A stretch of 64,000 nucleotides of DNA, taken from contig JBJOMN010000010.1 in NCBI GenBank assembly GCA_046052345.1, positions 67,841 through 131,840 on the forward strand, read 5' to 3'. Positions within the stretch are counted from its first letter, which is position 1. Each line of letters opens with the position of its first letter. Under the pieces are notes generated by a model, which did not search any database, was not told the DNA's origin, and was given only the letters and a program-made list of their open reading frames with translations. The position numbers were made by a program, and so were the translations under genes. Shown here in pieces: positions 39,389 to 50,018 of this stretch. Source of the stretch: Bacteroidota bacterium (GTDB lineage Bacteria; Bacteroidota; Bacteroidia; AKYH767-A; 2013-40CM-41-45).

Positions 39389-42300
39389 TTAGAAGGTGAA
39401 TTTGAGATCGAAACCGTAATTACGCTGGGAAGGATTCGAGGAGAATTCGAATCCCTGCGTATTGCTGGCTCCGCTCGAGTTCTGCTCGGGGTCCGCATAT
39501 TGGTTTTCGGCCGGCGTCCAGATGAAGACATTGTTCGCAAACAGACCGAAAGTGACCGATCCGAAGGGCAACTTGTTCAGGTACTTACTGGGCAGGCGGT
39601 AGCTGAGGCCCACTTCCCTGAGCTTGGTATAACTAGCATCGATGATATGTTGTCCGTCCGGAATGACACTGGTATAGTAGTCATAAGGATGGAACGGTGT
39701 GGAGTTGGGATGATAGGTGCCGTCAGATCCCATATAAACGGAACCCTCCCAAACATAATCGGTACGGTTCTCGGTTTCCTTGGCAGTGCCGACGAAATCC
39801 ATCAGGTCTTTCGTCCGAGAGTAGAATTTGCCTCCTTCTTTCCGGTCGATGAGGAAATTAAAGGACCAATTCTTGTAGGAGACGGTGGCACCGAAGGATC
39901 CCTGCCACTTCGGCATGTAGGAACCGCAATAGACCAGGTTGGGGGTTGTCATGGGCATACCGGTCGAAGAATCGACCACCACGTTTCCGCTGGGATCCCG
40001 AAGGAGATCGATGGCATAGAAAGCGCCGTAGCTTTGACCTACCTGTGCGACGATGGCGGTACGAGATGTTCCGCCGAGAGCGAGCTGGTCTACACCCTCG
40101 TACAAGGACCGGACTTCATTGTTGTTCTTGAAGAAGGTGGTGTACAATTCGACCTTGAGTCCGCCGGAAGTAGAAACCGGAACTGCACGGAGATCTACTT
40201 CGAAGCCGGAATTCACCATCTCGCCGGTATTGATGGTCTTGGATGTGAATCCGGTAGCATTGGAGGTGGGCAGGGAGAGAATCTGGTCAGTGGAAGACTT
40301 GTTGTAGTAAGTGACTCCGAGACTCAGCCGGTCATCCAGGAATCCAAGATCAACACCGACTTCGCTCTCCGTGGAGAATTCAGGACGAAGTTCCGGGTTT
40401 CCTACTCGGTCGCCGACAGTATAACCGTTCACCCCGTCGAACGGGAACGTGGTTCCTCCGAAGGTGGCATCCAGCACCGTCTTACTGTAGTAATTGGAGG
40501 TGGCATAAGGCGGAGCGTCATTACCCACTTTCGCCGAACTCATCCTGAGCTTGCCGTACGTCCACCAATTTTCCCTGAGGCTCTCCGGCAGGAACTCGGA
40601 GAATATGAACGAAAGGTTTCCGCCGTAATAGAAATAGGAGTTATTGGATTCAGGCAGCGTAGAACTGTAATCATTCCTTCCGCTGAATCCTAAGTAGAGA
40701 TAGTTCTTATAGGCGAGGTTGAGTTCGCCGTAATAGCCTACGTTCCTGGACTGCGTGGTCGAATTGTAGGTGGTAACAGGTCCGTTAGAGTTCTCCAGGT
40801 TGTAAAATCCGGGGAGTGCAAGCCCCCCCTCAGGGTTAGTCTGGGCGTAGAGGTTGGTCAACGTCGACTGCCTTACATTCTGTCCGAGCAGGAGGCTGCC
40901 CTGAAGGTCTTTGGCCAGCTCCTTTTTCAGGGTGACCATCAGGTCGTTGTTGTAGGAAGACAGGTTGTAAATGTCCTCGGAGTATTTTCCATTGTAAGTG
41001 ATCGCATCATTGAATGCATAGAATGGATCCAACGCCTCGTAGCTGTATTTCTTGAAAGATTGTTTCCTACGGTCGGAATATACGTCACCACCGAACCTGT
41101 TGGTGATGGACAACCAGGAGATGCCATCATAGGTGACCGAAAAATTACCTACCATGCGGTCCACGAAATTCTTGCTTTTATAGCTGTCGAGGGAGAAGTA
41201 GGGATTGACGGTGTAAGCCCCGTAGAAGCCGTAGGTTCCTGCGATGTCATCGTAACGGTTGAAAGGGTCATTTAGATCCTTGCCCTCCGTGATTGGAATA
41301 TCCCGAGGAGTCTGTATCAACTGGTTGTAAACTGAAGCATCCCTTTGTCCGCCGATGGGCAGGTTGCTTTCGACATTGGAGTAATTCACAGAGATGGAGG
41401 ATTTGAAATGATTCGCCAGCTCCGTATTTCCATTGAAACGCAGATTGTATTTGTCGTAGGCGGTAGTCGGAACCATGCCTTTGCTGTTCAACGCACCGAC
41501 AGACAGGTAGTAAGAGCTCTTTTCACTGCCTCCTGAGAACGAGACGTTATTGTTGTAGGCGACACCGGTATTGAAGAAATCCTTCAAGTTATTGGGAAGC
41601 GCCTCATAAGGCTTTACGCGCATTTGTCCGTTGATCTCCTGACCCCACGGACGCAACTGGCCGTCGAAGGGAAGGCCCCAGCTGAAATTCTCCCGACGGT
41701 CGTCAGCTACGTTATCGACATCGCCCTGACCGTAGGTATTTTGAAAGTCCGGAAGCTTCAGGACATCCGAGAAGGTGACATTCGAATTGACGGTCACCTC
41801 CATTTTGGACTTGCCGCTGACACCGGTCTTACCGCGCTTGGTGGTGATCATGATGACACCGTTGGAGGCACGTGAGCCGTAGAGTGCAGCCGCAGCAGGT
41901 CCCTTGAGGACCGAAATGCTCTCGATATCGTTAGGGTTGATGTCATTGCCGCGGTTTCCGTAATCCACCTGGTTGTCAAGGTCACTTTCCGTACGGAAGT
42001 TGCTGTTGTCAACCGGGATTCCGTCCACCACGATAAGCGCTTGGTTGTTACGGGAAATCGAGGAGCCACCTCGGATCACGATACGCTGTGCGCTGCCGGG
42101 AGCACCGCTCAGTGAAGTGATGTTGACGCCGGAAACCTTTCCTTGCAAAGCACCGATGAGGTTAGGATTGTTTCCGGCCGTGAGGTCCTCCGAAGTTACC
42201 TGCTGCGTGGAATAACCCAGACTGCGCTTCTCCCTGACGATCTCGTTGGCCGTCACGACTACCTCGTCCAACTTCAATACATCGGGATCTAGGACGATGT

Positions 42301-42577
42301 CAACGGTGTTGGAGGCGCCTAATGGAATGTCTTTCACCTTCATGCCTATCCCTGAAAAACGCAGGGTCTTGGCGGTGGAAGGCACCGTCAGTTTGTAGTT
42401 GCCGTCGATATCGGTACTGGTACCTATCGTGGTTCCTACTACAACGACACTTACTCCGGGGACAGTCGATTGGTCCTCCGACGAAGTCACTTTCCCGCTG
42501 ATGGTACGGTCCTGCGCCTTTACTCCCAGCGCGAACACTGAAAGCATCAACGCGAGCAGCGTTAGCTTTTGTCTCAT
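39389..42577 (-). CDS. susC: SusC/RagA-family TonB-dependent outer-membrane transporter
   Basis: Signal peptide, a carboxypeptidase-regulatory-like N-domain (ISGKVTSSEDQSTVPGVSVVV), a TonB plug (QRIVIRGGSSI...), and a 22-strand barrel ending in an aromatic residue. Confidence 0.9.
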   Translation of the reverse strand: MRQKLTLLALMLSVFALGVKAQDRTISGKVTSSEDQSTVPGVSVVVVGTTIGTSTDIDGNYKLTVPSTAKTLRFSGIGMKVKDIPLGASNTVDIVLDPDVLKLDEVVVTANEIVREKRSLGYSTQQVTSEDLTAGNNPNLIGALQGKVSGVNITSLSGAPGSAQRIVIRGGSSISRNNQALIVVDGIPVDNSNFRTESDLDNQVDYGNRGNDINPNDIESISVLKGPAAAALYGSRASNGVIMITTKRGKTGVSGKSKMEVTVNSNVTFSDVLKLPDFQNTYGQGDVDNVADDRRENFSWGLPFDGQLRPWGQEINGQMRVKPYEALPNNLKDFFNTGVAYNNNVSFSGGSEKSSYYLSVGALNSKGMVPTTAYDKYNLRFNGNTELANHFKSSISVNYSNVESNLPIGGQRDASVYNQLIQTPRDIPITEGKDLNDPFNRYDDIAGTYGFYGAYTVNPYFSLDSYKSKNFVDRMVGNFSVTYDGISWLSITNRFGGDVYSDRRKQSFKKYSYEALDPFYAFNDAITYNGKYSEDIYNLSSYNNDLMVTLKKELAKDLQGSLLLGQNVRQSTLTNLYAQTNPEGGLALPGFYNLENSNGPVTTYNSTTQSRNVGYYGELNLAYKNYLYLGFSGRNDYSSTLPESNNSYFYYGGNLSFIFSEFLPESLRENWWTYGKLRMSSAKVGNDAPPYATSNYYSKTVLDATFGGTTFPFDGVNGYTVGDRVGNPELRPEFSTESEVGVDLGFLDDRLSLGVTYYNKSSTDQILSLPTSNATGFTSKTINTGEMVNSGFEVDLRAVPVSTSGGLKVELYTTFFKNNNEVRSLYEGVDQLALGGTSRTAIVAQVGQSYGAFYAIDLLRDPSGNVVVDSSTGMPMTTPNLVYCGSYMPKWQGSFGATVSYKNWSFNFLIDRKEGGKFYSRTKDLMDFVGTAKETENRTDYVWEGSVYMGSDGTYHPNSTPFHPYDYYTSVIPDGQHIIDASYTKLREVGLSYRLPSKYLNKLPFGSVTFGLFANNVFIWTPAENQYADPEQNSSGASNTQGFEFSSNPSQRNYGFDLKFTF

Positions 42578-42816
42578 AAATGTGTGTTTTGGTTAGAGAA
42601 TGGTTTGGTAATTCCGACCAAGCTATAAAGATTGGGAAGGATTTAACAACCCTTAACAAAAAGGATATCCACCGATGGACGTAAATGATTGATTGATAAA
42701 TCGATGAATTTCTAACAGGCGGTTGAAAACCGTGAAAAATACGCTCAATTGAACTTGAAAACAGACCGATAGCGCTGTGTCAATCGCTGAAATAAGCGTG
42801 GAAGACCAAGTGCACT

Positions 42817-43263
42817 TCAGGAATTCCTGCGCAACTCCCGCTCGATGTCACGCTTTTTAACATCCTCACGCTTATCGTAAGTCTTCTTTCCCTTCGCCAG
42901 CGCAATCTCCAGCTTCACATTACCGTCCTCGTTGAAGTACAGCTTGGTCGGTACCAAGGTCACTCCTTGCTCTTTCAGTTTCCCCTCGATCTTTCGGATC
43001 TCATGACGATTCAATAAGAGCTTCCGCACCCGCTTCGGCTCATGGTTGTAATGGGAAGCCTGCGCGAATTCCTTGATGTAAAGGTTGTATATGAAAAGTT
43101 CGCTGTTCTCCACCTTGCAATAAGCATCCCCCAGATTAGCTTCTCCGGCCCTCAACGACTTCACCTCGGAACCGGTCAGCACGATTCCCGCCGTAAACGA
43201 CTGCATCAGATGGTAGTCGTAAGCCGCCTTGCGGTTCTGAATGACAGGGGAACGGTCGGACAT
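42817..43263 (-). CDS. smpB: SsrA-binding protein
   Basis: IAQNRKARHDY-type N-terminus (VIQNRKAAYDYHL) and the KLYFNEDG...LAKGKK C-terminal tail. Confidence 0.9.
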   Translation of the reverse strand: MSDRSPVIQNRKAAYDYHLMQSFTAGIVLTGSEVKSLRAGEANLGDAYCKVENSELFIYNLYIKEFAQASHYNHEPKRVRKLLLNRHEIRKIEGKLKEQGVTLVPTKLYFNEDGNVKLEIALAKGKKTYDKREDVKKRDIERELRRNS

Positions 43264-43267
43264 TATT

Positions 43268-43289
43268 GTGGTTAGTGGTTAGTGGTTGG
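43268..43289. repeat. Short tandem heptamer (ACCACTA x2.5 on the minus strand) in the smpB 5' UTR
   Basis: gtggttagtggttagtggttgg, immediately upstream of the smpB ATG. Confidence 0.5.
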
Positions 43290-43353
43290 AACTTGTATTC
43301 AGGGTCTCCGGCAGGAGGTAAGATGATGTTCATTACTTCTCGCGCACCGCCCC

Positions 43354-43388
43354 TTCATTTTGCATTCTTCATTCCTCATTCTGCATTC
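43354..43388. repeat. Imperfect tandem heptanucleotide repeat (nnCATTC x5)
   Basis: ttcattt tgcattc ttcattc ctcattc tgcattc, between the mntH stop and the smpB promoter region. Confidence 0.5.
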
Positions 43389-43399
43389 TGAACTTCCCC

Positions 43400-45286
43400 C
43401 TAGGCTACGATCAACACCGGCACCTTGATCCTGTGACGCACCGAATCGACGGTAGAGCCGAAGACGAAATCCTTGAATCCCTTGTGGCCGTGGGCTCCCA
43501 TCACCACCAGGTCAGGACTGTATGCACGGATTATACCTGTTATCGCTTTGGCCGGCCTGCCGAAACCGATCCGCGTCACCACCCGGTAGCCTTGTTCCCG
43601 AAGCTGGTTCGCGTAATTCTCCATCCGCTCCTTGTCGGATTTCAACTCCAGGTCGTCTATCTCGTGCGACATCATCATCGCACCTGCGGATTCCAGGATG
43701 TGAATCAGCAGGTACTCGGCCTTCTGTCCACCCTGTGTTAGGGCCGCCGAAATGGTCTTCTGGTCCTTTCCGGAAAAGTCAATGGCGACTGCGATCCTGC
43801 TGTAAGCTTCGTGTTGTGAAGCGGACATGCTGATCGGCTCTTTGTGCGCCAGCTGCGATTGCGGCTTTTTCGTACCTCCGAACAACGGCTTCAAAGTAAT
43901 ATAAACCAGCAATACGCCGGTGCCGAATGCGAAGGACAGGACGAGGAAATCAAGGAACATGGAATGACCGCCTTCCCGTATCCAATCCGCCAGATGGGTA
44001 GTCACAAGCCTGGCATTCAATCCTACAATCACCAACGCACTGGACCACGACAATACCTTCACCCAAGCCGGAATGGTGAATTCACCCATCCTGCTGCGGT
44101 CGCTCACGAAATGGATCAGCGGAATGACAGCGAAACCCAGCTGCAGACTGAGAATGACCTGTGATAGCACCAGCAGCTTGCCTGTGGCTTCCTCGCCGAA
44201 ATATATGATGGTCAACAGCGCCGGGACGATGGCGATGACCCGCGTCACCAACCGGCGCATCCAGGGTGCGATCCGAAGGTTCAGATAACCCTCCATCACG
44301 ATCTGCCCGGCAAGCGTACCGGTGATGGTCGAGCTCTGTCCGGCGGCAATAAGCGCCACCGCGAAAAGCACAGGAGCCAGCTGCGATCCCAGCAACGGTT
44401 CAAGGAATTCATGGGCGTCACGGATGTCGGCCACCTCGAACATGCCATTCCGGAAAAAGGCGGCAGCCGCCAATATCAGGATCGCTGCATTCACAAAGAA
44501 GGCCAGGTTGAGCGCGATTACCGAATCAATGAGGTTGTATTTGATGGCTCGCTTGACAGATCCGGGAGTCCGCTCGATTTTACGCGTCTGGACCAAGGAC
44601 GAATGCAAGTACAGGTTGTGCGGCATGACGGTCGCGCCGATGATGCCGATGGCGATGTACAGGGCTGTTTCGTCCGGCAAAGACGGCACGAATCCTCGGG
44701 CGATTTCGGCAGTGATGGGCTGCGCAATGATCATCTCAGCAAGGAACGCGAGACCGATGATGCCGATCAGACACACGATGAAGGCTTCGATACGCCGCAT
44801 CCCGAAGTTGATCAGAAAGAGCAGGAGGAAGGTGTCAAGTACGGTGATACATACTCCCCAGATGAGCGGAAGCCCGGTTAGCAGCTGGATGCCGATCGCC
44901 ATTCCGAGCACTTCCGCCAGATCGGTGGCGGCGATGGCGATTTCAGCGAGGAGATAAAGGAAGATATTGACCGGTTTGGAATAGGTGCGGCGAGAGGCCT
45001 GTGCCAGGTCGTTCCCGCTTACGATACCGAGCCGCGCACTCAGGCTTTGTAAAAGCACGGCCATCAGGTTGGACATCAACAGCACCCATATCAGGGCGTA
45101 ACCGTACCGACTGCCCCCGGCGATATCTGTGGCCCAGTTGCCCGGATCCATATACCCGACGCTTACCAGGTAGGCCGGACCGATAAATGCGAAAATCCGC
45201 CTGAATCCCGTAAGGCGGGGATGTGTGGTATCCACCGAACCATGTACTTCGGAAAGGGAATGATGTTCGCGGGAATCGTCCTTCAT
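43400..45286 (-). CDS. mntH: Nramp-family divalent metal (Mn2+/Fe2+) transporter fused to a C-terminal universal stress protein (UspA) domain
   Basis: Nramp motifs GPAYLVSVGYMDPGNWATDIAGG and MPHNLYLHS. The C-terminal ~150 aa (IAVAIDFSGKD...LVVMGAHGHKGFKDFVFGSTVDSVRHRIKVPVLIV) is a Usp domain. Confidence 0.8.
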   Translation of the reverse strand: MKDDSREHHSLSEVHGSVDTTHPRLTGFRRIFAFIGPAYLVSVGYMDPGNWATDIAGGSRYGYALIWVLLMSNLMAVLLQSLSARLGIVSGNDLAQASRRTYSKPVNIFLYLLAEIAIAATDLAEVLGMAIGIQLLTGLPLIWGVCITVLDTFLLLFLINFGMRRIEAFIVCLIGIIGLAFLAEMIIAQPITAEIARGFVPSLPDETALYIAIGIIGATVMPHNLYLHSSLVQTRKIERTPGSVKRAIKYNLIDSVIALNLAFFVNAAILILAAAAFFRNGMFEVADIRDAHEFLEPLLGSQLAPVLFAVALIAAGQSSTITGTLAGQIVMEGYLNLRIAPWMRRLVTRVIAIVPALLTIIYFGEEATGKLLVLSQVILSLQLGFAVIPLIHFVSDRSRMGEFTIPAWVKVLSWSSALVIVGLNARLVTTHLADWIREGGHSMFLDFLVLSFAFGTGVLLVYITLKPLFGGTKKPQSQLAHKEPISMSASQHEAYSRIAVAIDFSGKDQKTISAALTQGGQKAEYLLIHILESAGAMMMSHEIDDLELKSDKERMENYANQLREQGYRVVTRIGFGRPAKAITGIIRAYSPDLVVMGAHGHKGFKDFVFGSTVDSVRHRIKVPVLIVA

Positions 45287-45392
45287 CGGCTCTTAAAAAT
45301 ACGGACAATAAGGATATCGATCCGACCGCCTTTTGTCGATCTTCCAACAGGCGTGCCCAAGGTATCCGACCTTTCGTATTTTCGCCGGCGTG

Positions 45393-46457
45393 ATGTACAG
45401 AAAAATCATAAAACCACTTTTATTTAAACTTGATCCTGAGAAAGCTCATAACTTGACATTCAAATTGTTAAGCATTGTCAGCGGAATCCCCTTTTTACTC
45501 CCTTTGCTCAGGTTTTTGAATCGTAACCGTCCTTCCGAGGGCGTGATCATCGCCGGTCTTCGTTTCCCGAACAGGGTAGGACTGGCGGCCGGACTCGATA
45601 AGGACGCGCATCATTTCCTTGAACTGGGAGCCTTGGGTTTCGGGTTTGTGGAGGTGGGAACCGTCACTCCGGAACCCCAGCCGGGCAACCCGCAGCCACG
45701 GCTGTTCCGTTTGCCGCAAGACAATGCCCTCATCAACCGGATGGGATTCAATAACCGGGGAGTGGACAATATGTTTCGCCGTTTGCAGCAGAAGCGCCAC
45801 GGACTGGTCATCGGCGGTAATATCGGTAAGAACAAAACGACACCTAATGAGCGCGCAGCGGATGATTATTCACGATGCTTCCGTACGCTTTTCCCTGCCG
45901 TCGATTATTTTGTCGTTAACGTCAGCTCTCCCAATACGCCCGGACTACGGGAGCTTCAGGAAAAGGGGCCGCTGAAAGCGTTGCTGAACGGATTACAGCA
46001 GCTCAACAAGGAGCTTGCTGCGAAAAGCATGTCCTCTGAAAAACCGGTATTCCTGAAAATAGCGCCGGATCTGACCGTCGCCCAGCTGGACGATGTCATC
46101 GAAGTAGTGCTCGAAACGAAATGTGCCGGGGTTATCGCTACCAATACGACAGTTTCCCGCAGCGGTCTGAAGACCGAAGCTGAGAAAATCACATCCATAG
46201 GTGCCGGAGGACTGAGCGGAAAACCGCTTACCGACCGTTCGACAGAAGTGATCCGTTACCTGGCTGAACGCTCCAAGGGTAATTTCTCCATCATCGGAGT
46301 GGGCGGAATCCATTCTCCGAAAGATGCCCTGGAGAAAATCGAGGCCGGTGCTTCATTGATACAGCTTTACACCGGTTTCGTATACGAAGGGCCCCGGCTG
46401 ATCCGTACCATCAGGAAAGCGATAACCGAAAACCAACCACTAACCTCTAATCATTAA
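45393..46457 (+). CDS. pyrD: Dihydroorotate dehydrogenase (quinone), class 2
   Basis: An N-terminal membrane-association helix plus a TIM barrel ([26 protein letters not shown]...IGVGGI). The start is refined to MYRKI at 45393. Confidence 0.85.
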   Translation: MYRKIIKPLLFKLDPEKAHNLTFKLLSIVSGIPFLLPLLRFLNRNRPSEGVIIAGLRFPNRVGLAAGLDKDAHHFLELGALGFGFVEVGTVTPEPQPGNPQPRLFRLPQDNALINRMGFNNRGVDNMFRRLQQKRHGLVIGGNIGKNKTTPNERAADDYSRCFRTLFPAVDYFVVNVSSPNTPGLRELQEKGPLKALLNGLQQLNKELAAKSMSSEKPVFLKIAPDLTVAQLDDVIEVVLETKCAGVIATNTTVSRSGLKTEAEKITSIGAGGLSGKPLTDRSTEVIRYLAERSKGNFSIIGVGGIHSPKDALEKIEAGASLIQLYTGFVYEGPRLIRTIRKAITENQPLTSNH

Positions 46458-46463
46458 CATCCA

Positions 46464-47123
46464 TCAATCCTCCAGGTGCTTCAGCACTTTCGCCTCCAGG
46501 AAGAAGATGATTTCTTCGGCCACATTCTTCGCCTGGTCGCCCGTACGTTCCAGCTTGCGGATCGTTGAGAGGATGTGAAGTGCGGGGGTGATGTTCGCAA
46601 AGTCTTTTTTTACAAGATCTTCGATCGTTGAATTTGCGGAATTGTTGATGTCGTCCAGCAGCTCGTCTTTCTGAAAGACTCCTCTTGCGGTTTTTGTGTC
46701 CTCGTTGACGAAGGCACGTTGCACATCTTCCATCATTTCAATGGCGGTGAGGAACATCGGATCCAGACGGGTCGCCTCGATGACATCCGCGGAGAAAGGC
46801 GATTTAGCCTCGACCACGTAACGGGCAATACCGTCCGCGATATCTCCGATACGTTCCAGATTGTAATTGATCTTCAAAACGGCCAGAACAAAGCGCAGGT
46901 CGATGGCCACCGGATTGAAAAGGGCGAAGATGTTCTCGCAATCCTTGTCGATCTTGAGTTCAAGGGAATTCACCCGGCGTTCATTGAAACTGACCTCTCG
47001 TGCAAGGTCCTTGTCGAAGTCGACCAGTGCGATATTCGCCTTCCGAAGCTGCGAGATCACCAGGTCGAACATGTCGACGGCTTCGCTTTTAAGTCGCTTG
47101 AGTTCTACGTCGAGGTGGGACAT
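46464..47123 (-). CDS. phoU: Phosphate signalling complex protein PhoU
   Basis: Two PhoU repeats (...NYNLERIGDIADGIARY... and ...IRKLERTGDQAKNVAEEI). The start is refined to MSHLDVELKRL. Confidence 0.85.
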   Translation of the reverse strand: MSHLDVELKRLKSEAVDMFDLVISQLRKANIALVDFDKDLAREVSFNERRVNSLELKIDKDCENIFALFNPVAIDLRFVLAVLKINYNLERIGDIADGIARYVVEAKSPFSADVIEATRLDPMFLTAIEMMEDVQRAFVNEDTKTARGVFQKDELLDDINNSANSTIEDLVKKDFANITPALHILSTIRKLERTGDQAKNVAEEIIFFLEAKVLKHLED

Positions 47124-47177
47124 AAGGATTTTTTTTGTGAAACGAAGGTAATGAAAGGTGAGCTCGGACAAGTAGCC

Positions 47178-47930
47178 TTATCCGAAACGGCCCGTTACAT
47201 AGGCCTGCGTCTGTTTCTTCGATGGATTCGTGAAGATGACCGGAGTGTCATCGTATTCCACCAGCTCTCCAAGGTAGAAGAACGCGGTCTTATCGCTCAC
47301 CCTGCCTGCCTGCTGCATGTTGTGTGTGACGATGATGATCGTATACTTATCCTTCAACTCATAGATCAGCTCTTCGATTTTAGAGGTGGAAATGGGATCG
47401 AGTGCGGATGCCGGTTCATCCATGAGCAGCACCGCCGGCTCAATGGCCAGGGCTCGCGCAATGCAAAGTCGCTGCTGTTGTCCGCCGGACAGTTCAAAAG
47501 CCGATTTCTTCAGTTTGTCTTTCACTTCGTCCCAAAGTGCCGACTGCCGAAGGGCAGTCTCTACTCGGTCCTCGATGAACCCTCGGTCCGAAATGCCGTT
47601 CACACGCAATCCGTAGGCGACATTCTCGAAGATCGATTTCGGAAACGGGTTCGGTTTCTGGAAGACCATGCCTACGCGTTTCCGTAGCTCATCGATCCGC
47701 ATCCCGCTCTTTTTGCTGTAAATGTCTTTTCCCTCCAACATCACATCGCCCTCGATGCGGACGTTGTCAATCAGGTCGTTCATGCGATTGAAAAGACGCA
47801 GATAAGTCGATTTGCCGCACCCGGACGGACCGATCAGGGCAGTGACCGTGTTGGCAGCGATCTCCATGGATATTCCCTTAAGTGCATGGAAGTCGCCGTA
47901 ATGGAGATGTACGTTGTTCGTTTTTATCAT
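47178..47930 (-). CDS. pstB: Phosphate ABC transporter ATP-binding protein
   Basis: Walker [10 protein letters not shown], signature [15 protein letters not shown], and the PstB-type C-terminus. Confidence 0.9.
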   Translation of the reverse strand: MIKTNNVHLHYGDFHALKGISMEIAANTVTALIGPSGCGKSTYLRLFNRMNDLIDNVRIEGDVMLEGKDIYSKKSGMRIDELRKRVGMVFQKPNPFPKSIFENVAYGLRVNGISDRGFIEDRVETALRQSALWDEVKDKLKKSAFELSGGQQQRLCIARALAIEPAVLLMDEPASALDPISTSKIEELIYELKDKYTIIIVTHNMQQAGRVSDKTAFFYLGELVEYDDTPVIFTNPSKKQTQAYVTGRFG

Positions 47931-47938
47931 GGTAACGG

Positions 47939-48793
47939 TCAGTTCATTTTCACGCGCTTGCTCAAGACCCGCCGGATGAGGTTCGCAATAAGATTCAGAA
48001 GGAGTACGATCAGCACCAATACCAAGGCTGTGCCGTAAGCCATGTCACGGGATGCCGTTATGTCGGTCCCACTGGTCGAAATCACATACAAATGATACGG
48101 AAGGGCCATCACCTGGTCGAAGACGGAGGTAGGAAGCTGCGGAAGAAAATAGGCCGCAACTGTGAATAGGATGGGCGCGGTTTCACCTGAAACACGTCCG
48201 ATCGCCAGGATAAGTCCGGTCAGGATATTGGGAGCCGCAATCGGCAATACCACTTTGCGGATGGTCTGCAGTTTGGTCGCGCCCAACGCCAAGCTTCCGT
48301 GGCGAAAGGTATTGTCGACGGCAAGCAATGCCTCTTCTGTCACCCGTATGACCACCGGTAGTGCGAGTAGCCCAAGCGTCAGTGAGCCTGCAAGTATGGA
48401 ATCGCCGAAATCCAGCTTCTTGACGAACATCGCCATACCGAACAGCCCGAACACGATGGAAGGCACTCCCGCCAGGTTGCTGGTCATCAGCTTGATGAAA
48501 CGTTTCAGCATGCCGTCCTTCATGTATTCGTTCATGTAGATGCCGGCAAGGACTCCAACGGGAAAGGCGAAAATCATCGAGCCTGCAACCAGACAAAGTG
48601 TACCGATGATGGCAGGATAGATTCCTCCGGCAGTCATTCCCTCTTCGGGCATTGAAGTCAGGAATTCCCAACTGATGGTCCTGATACCCCTGGATACGAT
48701 GAAATAGAGGATGATGCCAAGCAGGGCGACTACGCCCCATGCAAGCAGTCGCAGTGTCCAAAAAGCGATGGTCTGTCGGAGGTGCTTGTCCAT
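47939..48793 (-). CDS. pstA: Phosphate ABC transporter permease PstA
   Basis: Six TM helices with an EAA-like loop (GETAPILFT). The start is refined to MDKHLRQ (cat at 48791-48793), which removes a high-GC upstream extension. Confidence 0.8.
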   Translation of the reverse strand: MDKHLRQTIAFWTLRLLAWGVVALLGIILYFIVSRGIRTISWEFLTSMPEEGMTAGGIYPAIIGTLCLVAGSMIFAFPVGVLAGIYMNEYMKDGMLKRFIKLMTSNLAGVPSIVFGLFGMAMFVKKLDFGDSILAGSLTLGLLALPVVIRVTEEALLAVDNTFRHGSLALGATKLQTIRKVVLPIAAPNILTGLILAIGRVSGETAPILFTVAAYFLPQLPTSVFDQVMALPYHLYVISTSGTDITASRDMAYGTALVLVLIVLLLNLIANLIRRVLSKRVKMN

Positions 48794-48798
48794 ATCGC

Positions 48799-50004
48799 TC
48801 ACTTCTTGAATTTTCTTTTGGCGGAAATACGTTCCACCCACAGGTTGATTATCATCGTCATCAGGAACAACAGGCAGCCGAGCGCGAACAAGGCCTTGTA
48901 ATGGACACCGCCGGCAGGCGCCTCTCCCAATTCTGCAGCGATAGTGGCCGGAATCGTCCGCACGGGCTGCAGCAATGAGGTGGGAATGACAGCTGCATTG
49001 CCGGTCACCATCAGGACAGCCATCGTTTCTCCGATGGCCCTTCCGATACCCAATATCGCGGCGGCGGAAATGCCGGAAAGCGAGTAGGGTAGGACCACCC
49101 GGTTGATCGTCTGCCACTTGTTTGCGCCCAAGGCCAGAGAGGCCTCCCGCATGCTGCGTGGCGTGTTGCGCATCGCATCTTCTGAGATCGTGATGATCGT
49201 AGGCAATGCCATGATGGCCAACACCAAGGATCCTGCAAGCGCCGTCTCACCGACCGGCAGGTCGAAACTGTCATGGATCAGCGGCACGATGATGATGAGC
49301 CCGAAAAAGCCGTACACCACGCTGGGAATTCCCGCCAGTAACTCGACGACAGGTTTCAGCACCTTCCGGATGCGTTCGTCGGCGATCTCAGCCATGTAAA
49401 TGGCAGTAGCCAGCCCGACCGGCAAGGCGATGAGAATCGCAAAGAAAGAGACCAGCAAAGTGCCCAGCAAAAGTGGCATGACGCCTAATTGAACAGCAGG
49501 TTCGGAAGTAGGAAACCATTCCTTGCCGGCAATGAATTGCGGCAGGTTGTTCTTGTCGACATCGATTTCGGTTCCTTTGAAATCAGTCGCCATTTGCTTC
49601 CTGTTCAGGACGGCGATGATGTTCGGCAGACTGTCGATCAGACCGCTGAACTTTTGCGGCAGGAATTCGAATTCGGCCCCCAGATCTTCTTCAGTGAAGT
49701 AACTGCCCAGGTCGTTCACAGTGACAATCAGGATGTCCTCATCCCTTCCTCCGAGTTCTTTCCAATTGACGGTATTCTGGTCGAAGATGTTCTTGATCTG
49801 TGAAGGTGTCAGGTGCTTTACAGGATTACTCCTGTTCACCGCAATGACGGTGCCTTCCTCGACCGGAGAGGTGCTGAAAAGGGAAACACCCTCCTTGAAT
49901 AAGAAAACGACAATGAGCAGTACGGTCAAGGAGGTGACCGTACCGCTCAATGTGAGGATTCCTTCAATGAAACGCTCTGTAAGATCCCGTAGGAAACGTC
50001 GCAC
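48799..50004 (-). CDS. pstC: Phosphate ABC transporter permease PstC with a large periplasmic insertion after TM1
   Basis: A PstC core (GSLVLAIMALPTIITISEDAMR). There is a ~120-aa extracytoplasmic insert (AVNRSNPVKHL...KEWFP) between TM1 and TM2. Confidence 0.8.
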   Translation of the reverse strand: MRRFLRDLTERFIEGILTLSGTVTSLTVLLIVVFLFKEGVSLFSTSPVEEGTVIAVNRSNPVKHLTPSQIKNIFDQNTVNWKELGGRDEDILIVTVNDLGSYFTEEDLGAEFEFLPQKFSGLIDSLPNIIAVLNRKQMATDFKGTEIDVDKNNLPQFIAGKEWFPTSEPAVQLGVMPLLLGTLLVSFFAILIALPVGLATAIYMAEIADERIRKVLKPVVELLAGIPSVVYGFFGLIIIVPLIHDSFDLPVGETALAGSLVLAIMALPTIITISEDAMRNTPRSMREASLALGANKWQTINRVVLPYSLSGISAAAILGIGRAIGETMAVLMVTGNAAVIPTSLLQPVRTIPATIAAELGEAPAGGVHYKALFALGCLLFLMTMIINLWVERISAKRKFKK

Positions 50005-50018
50005 GATCTGTTTTCAGG

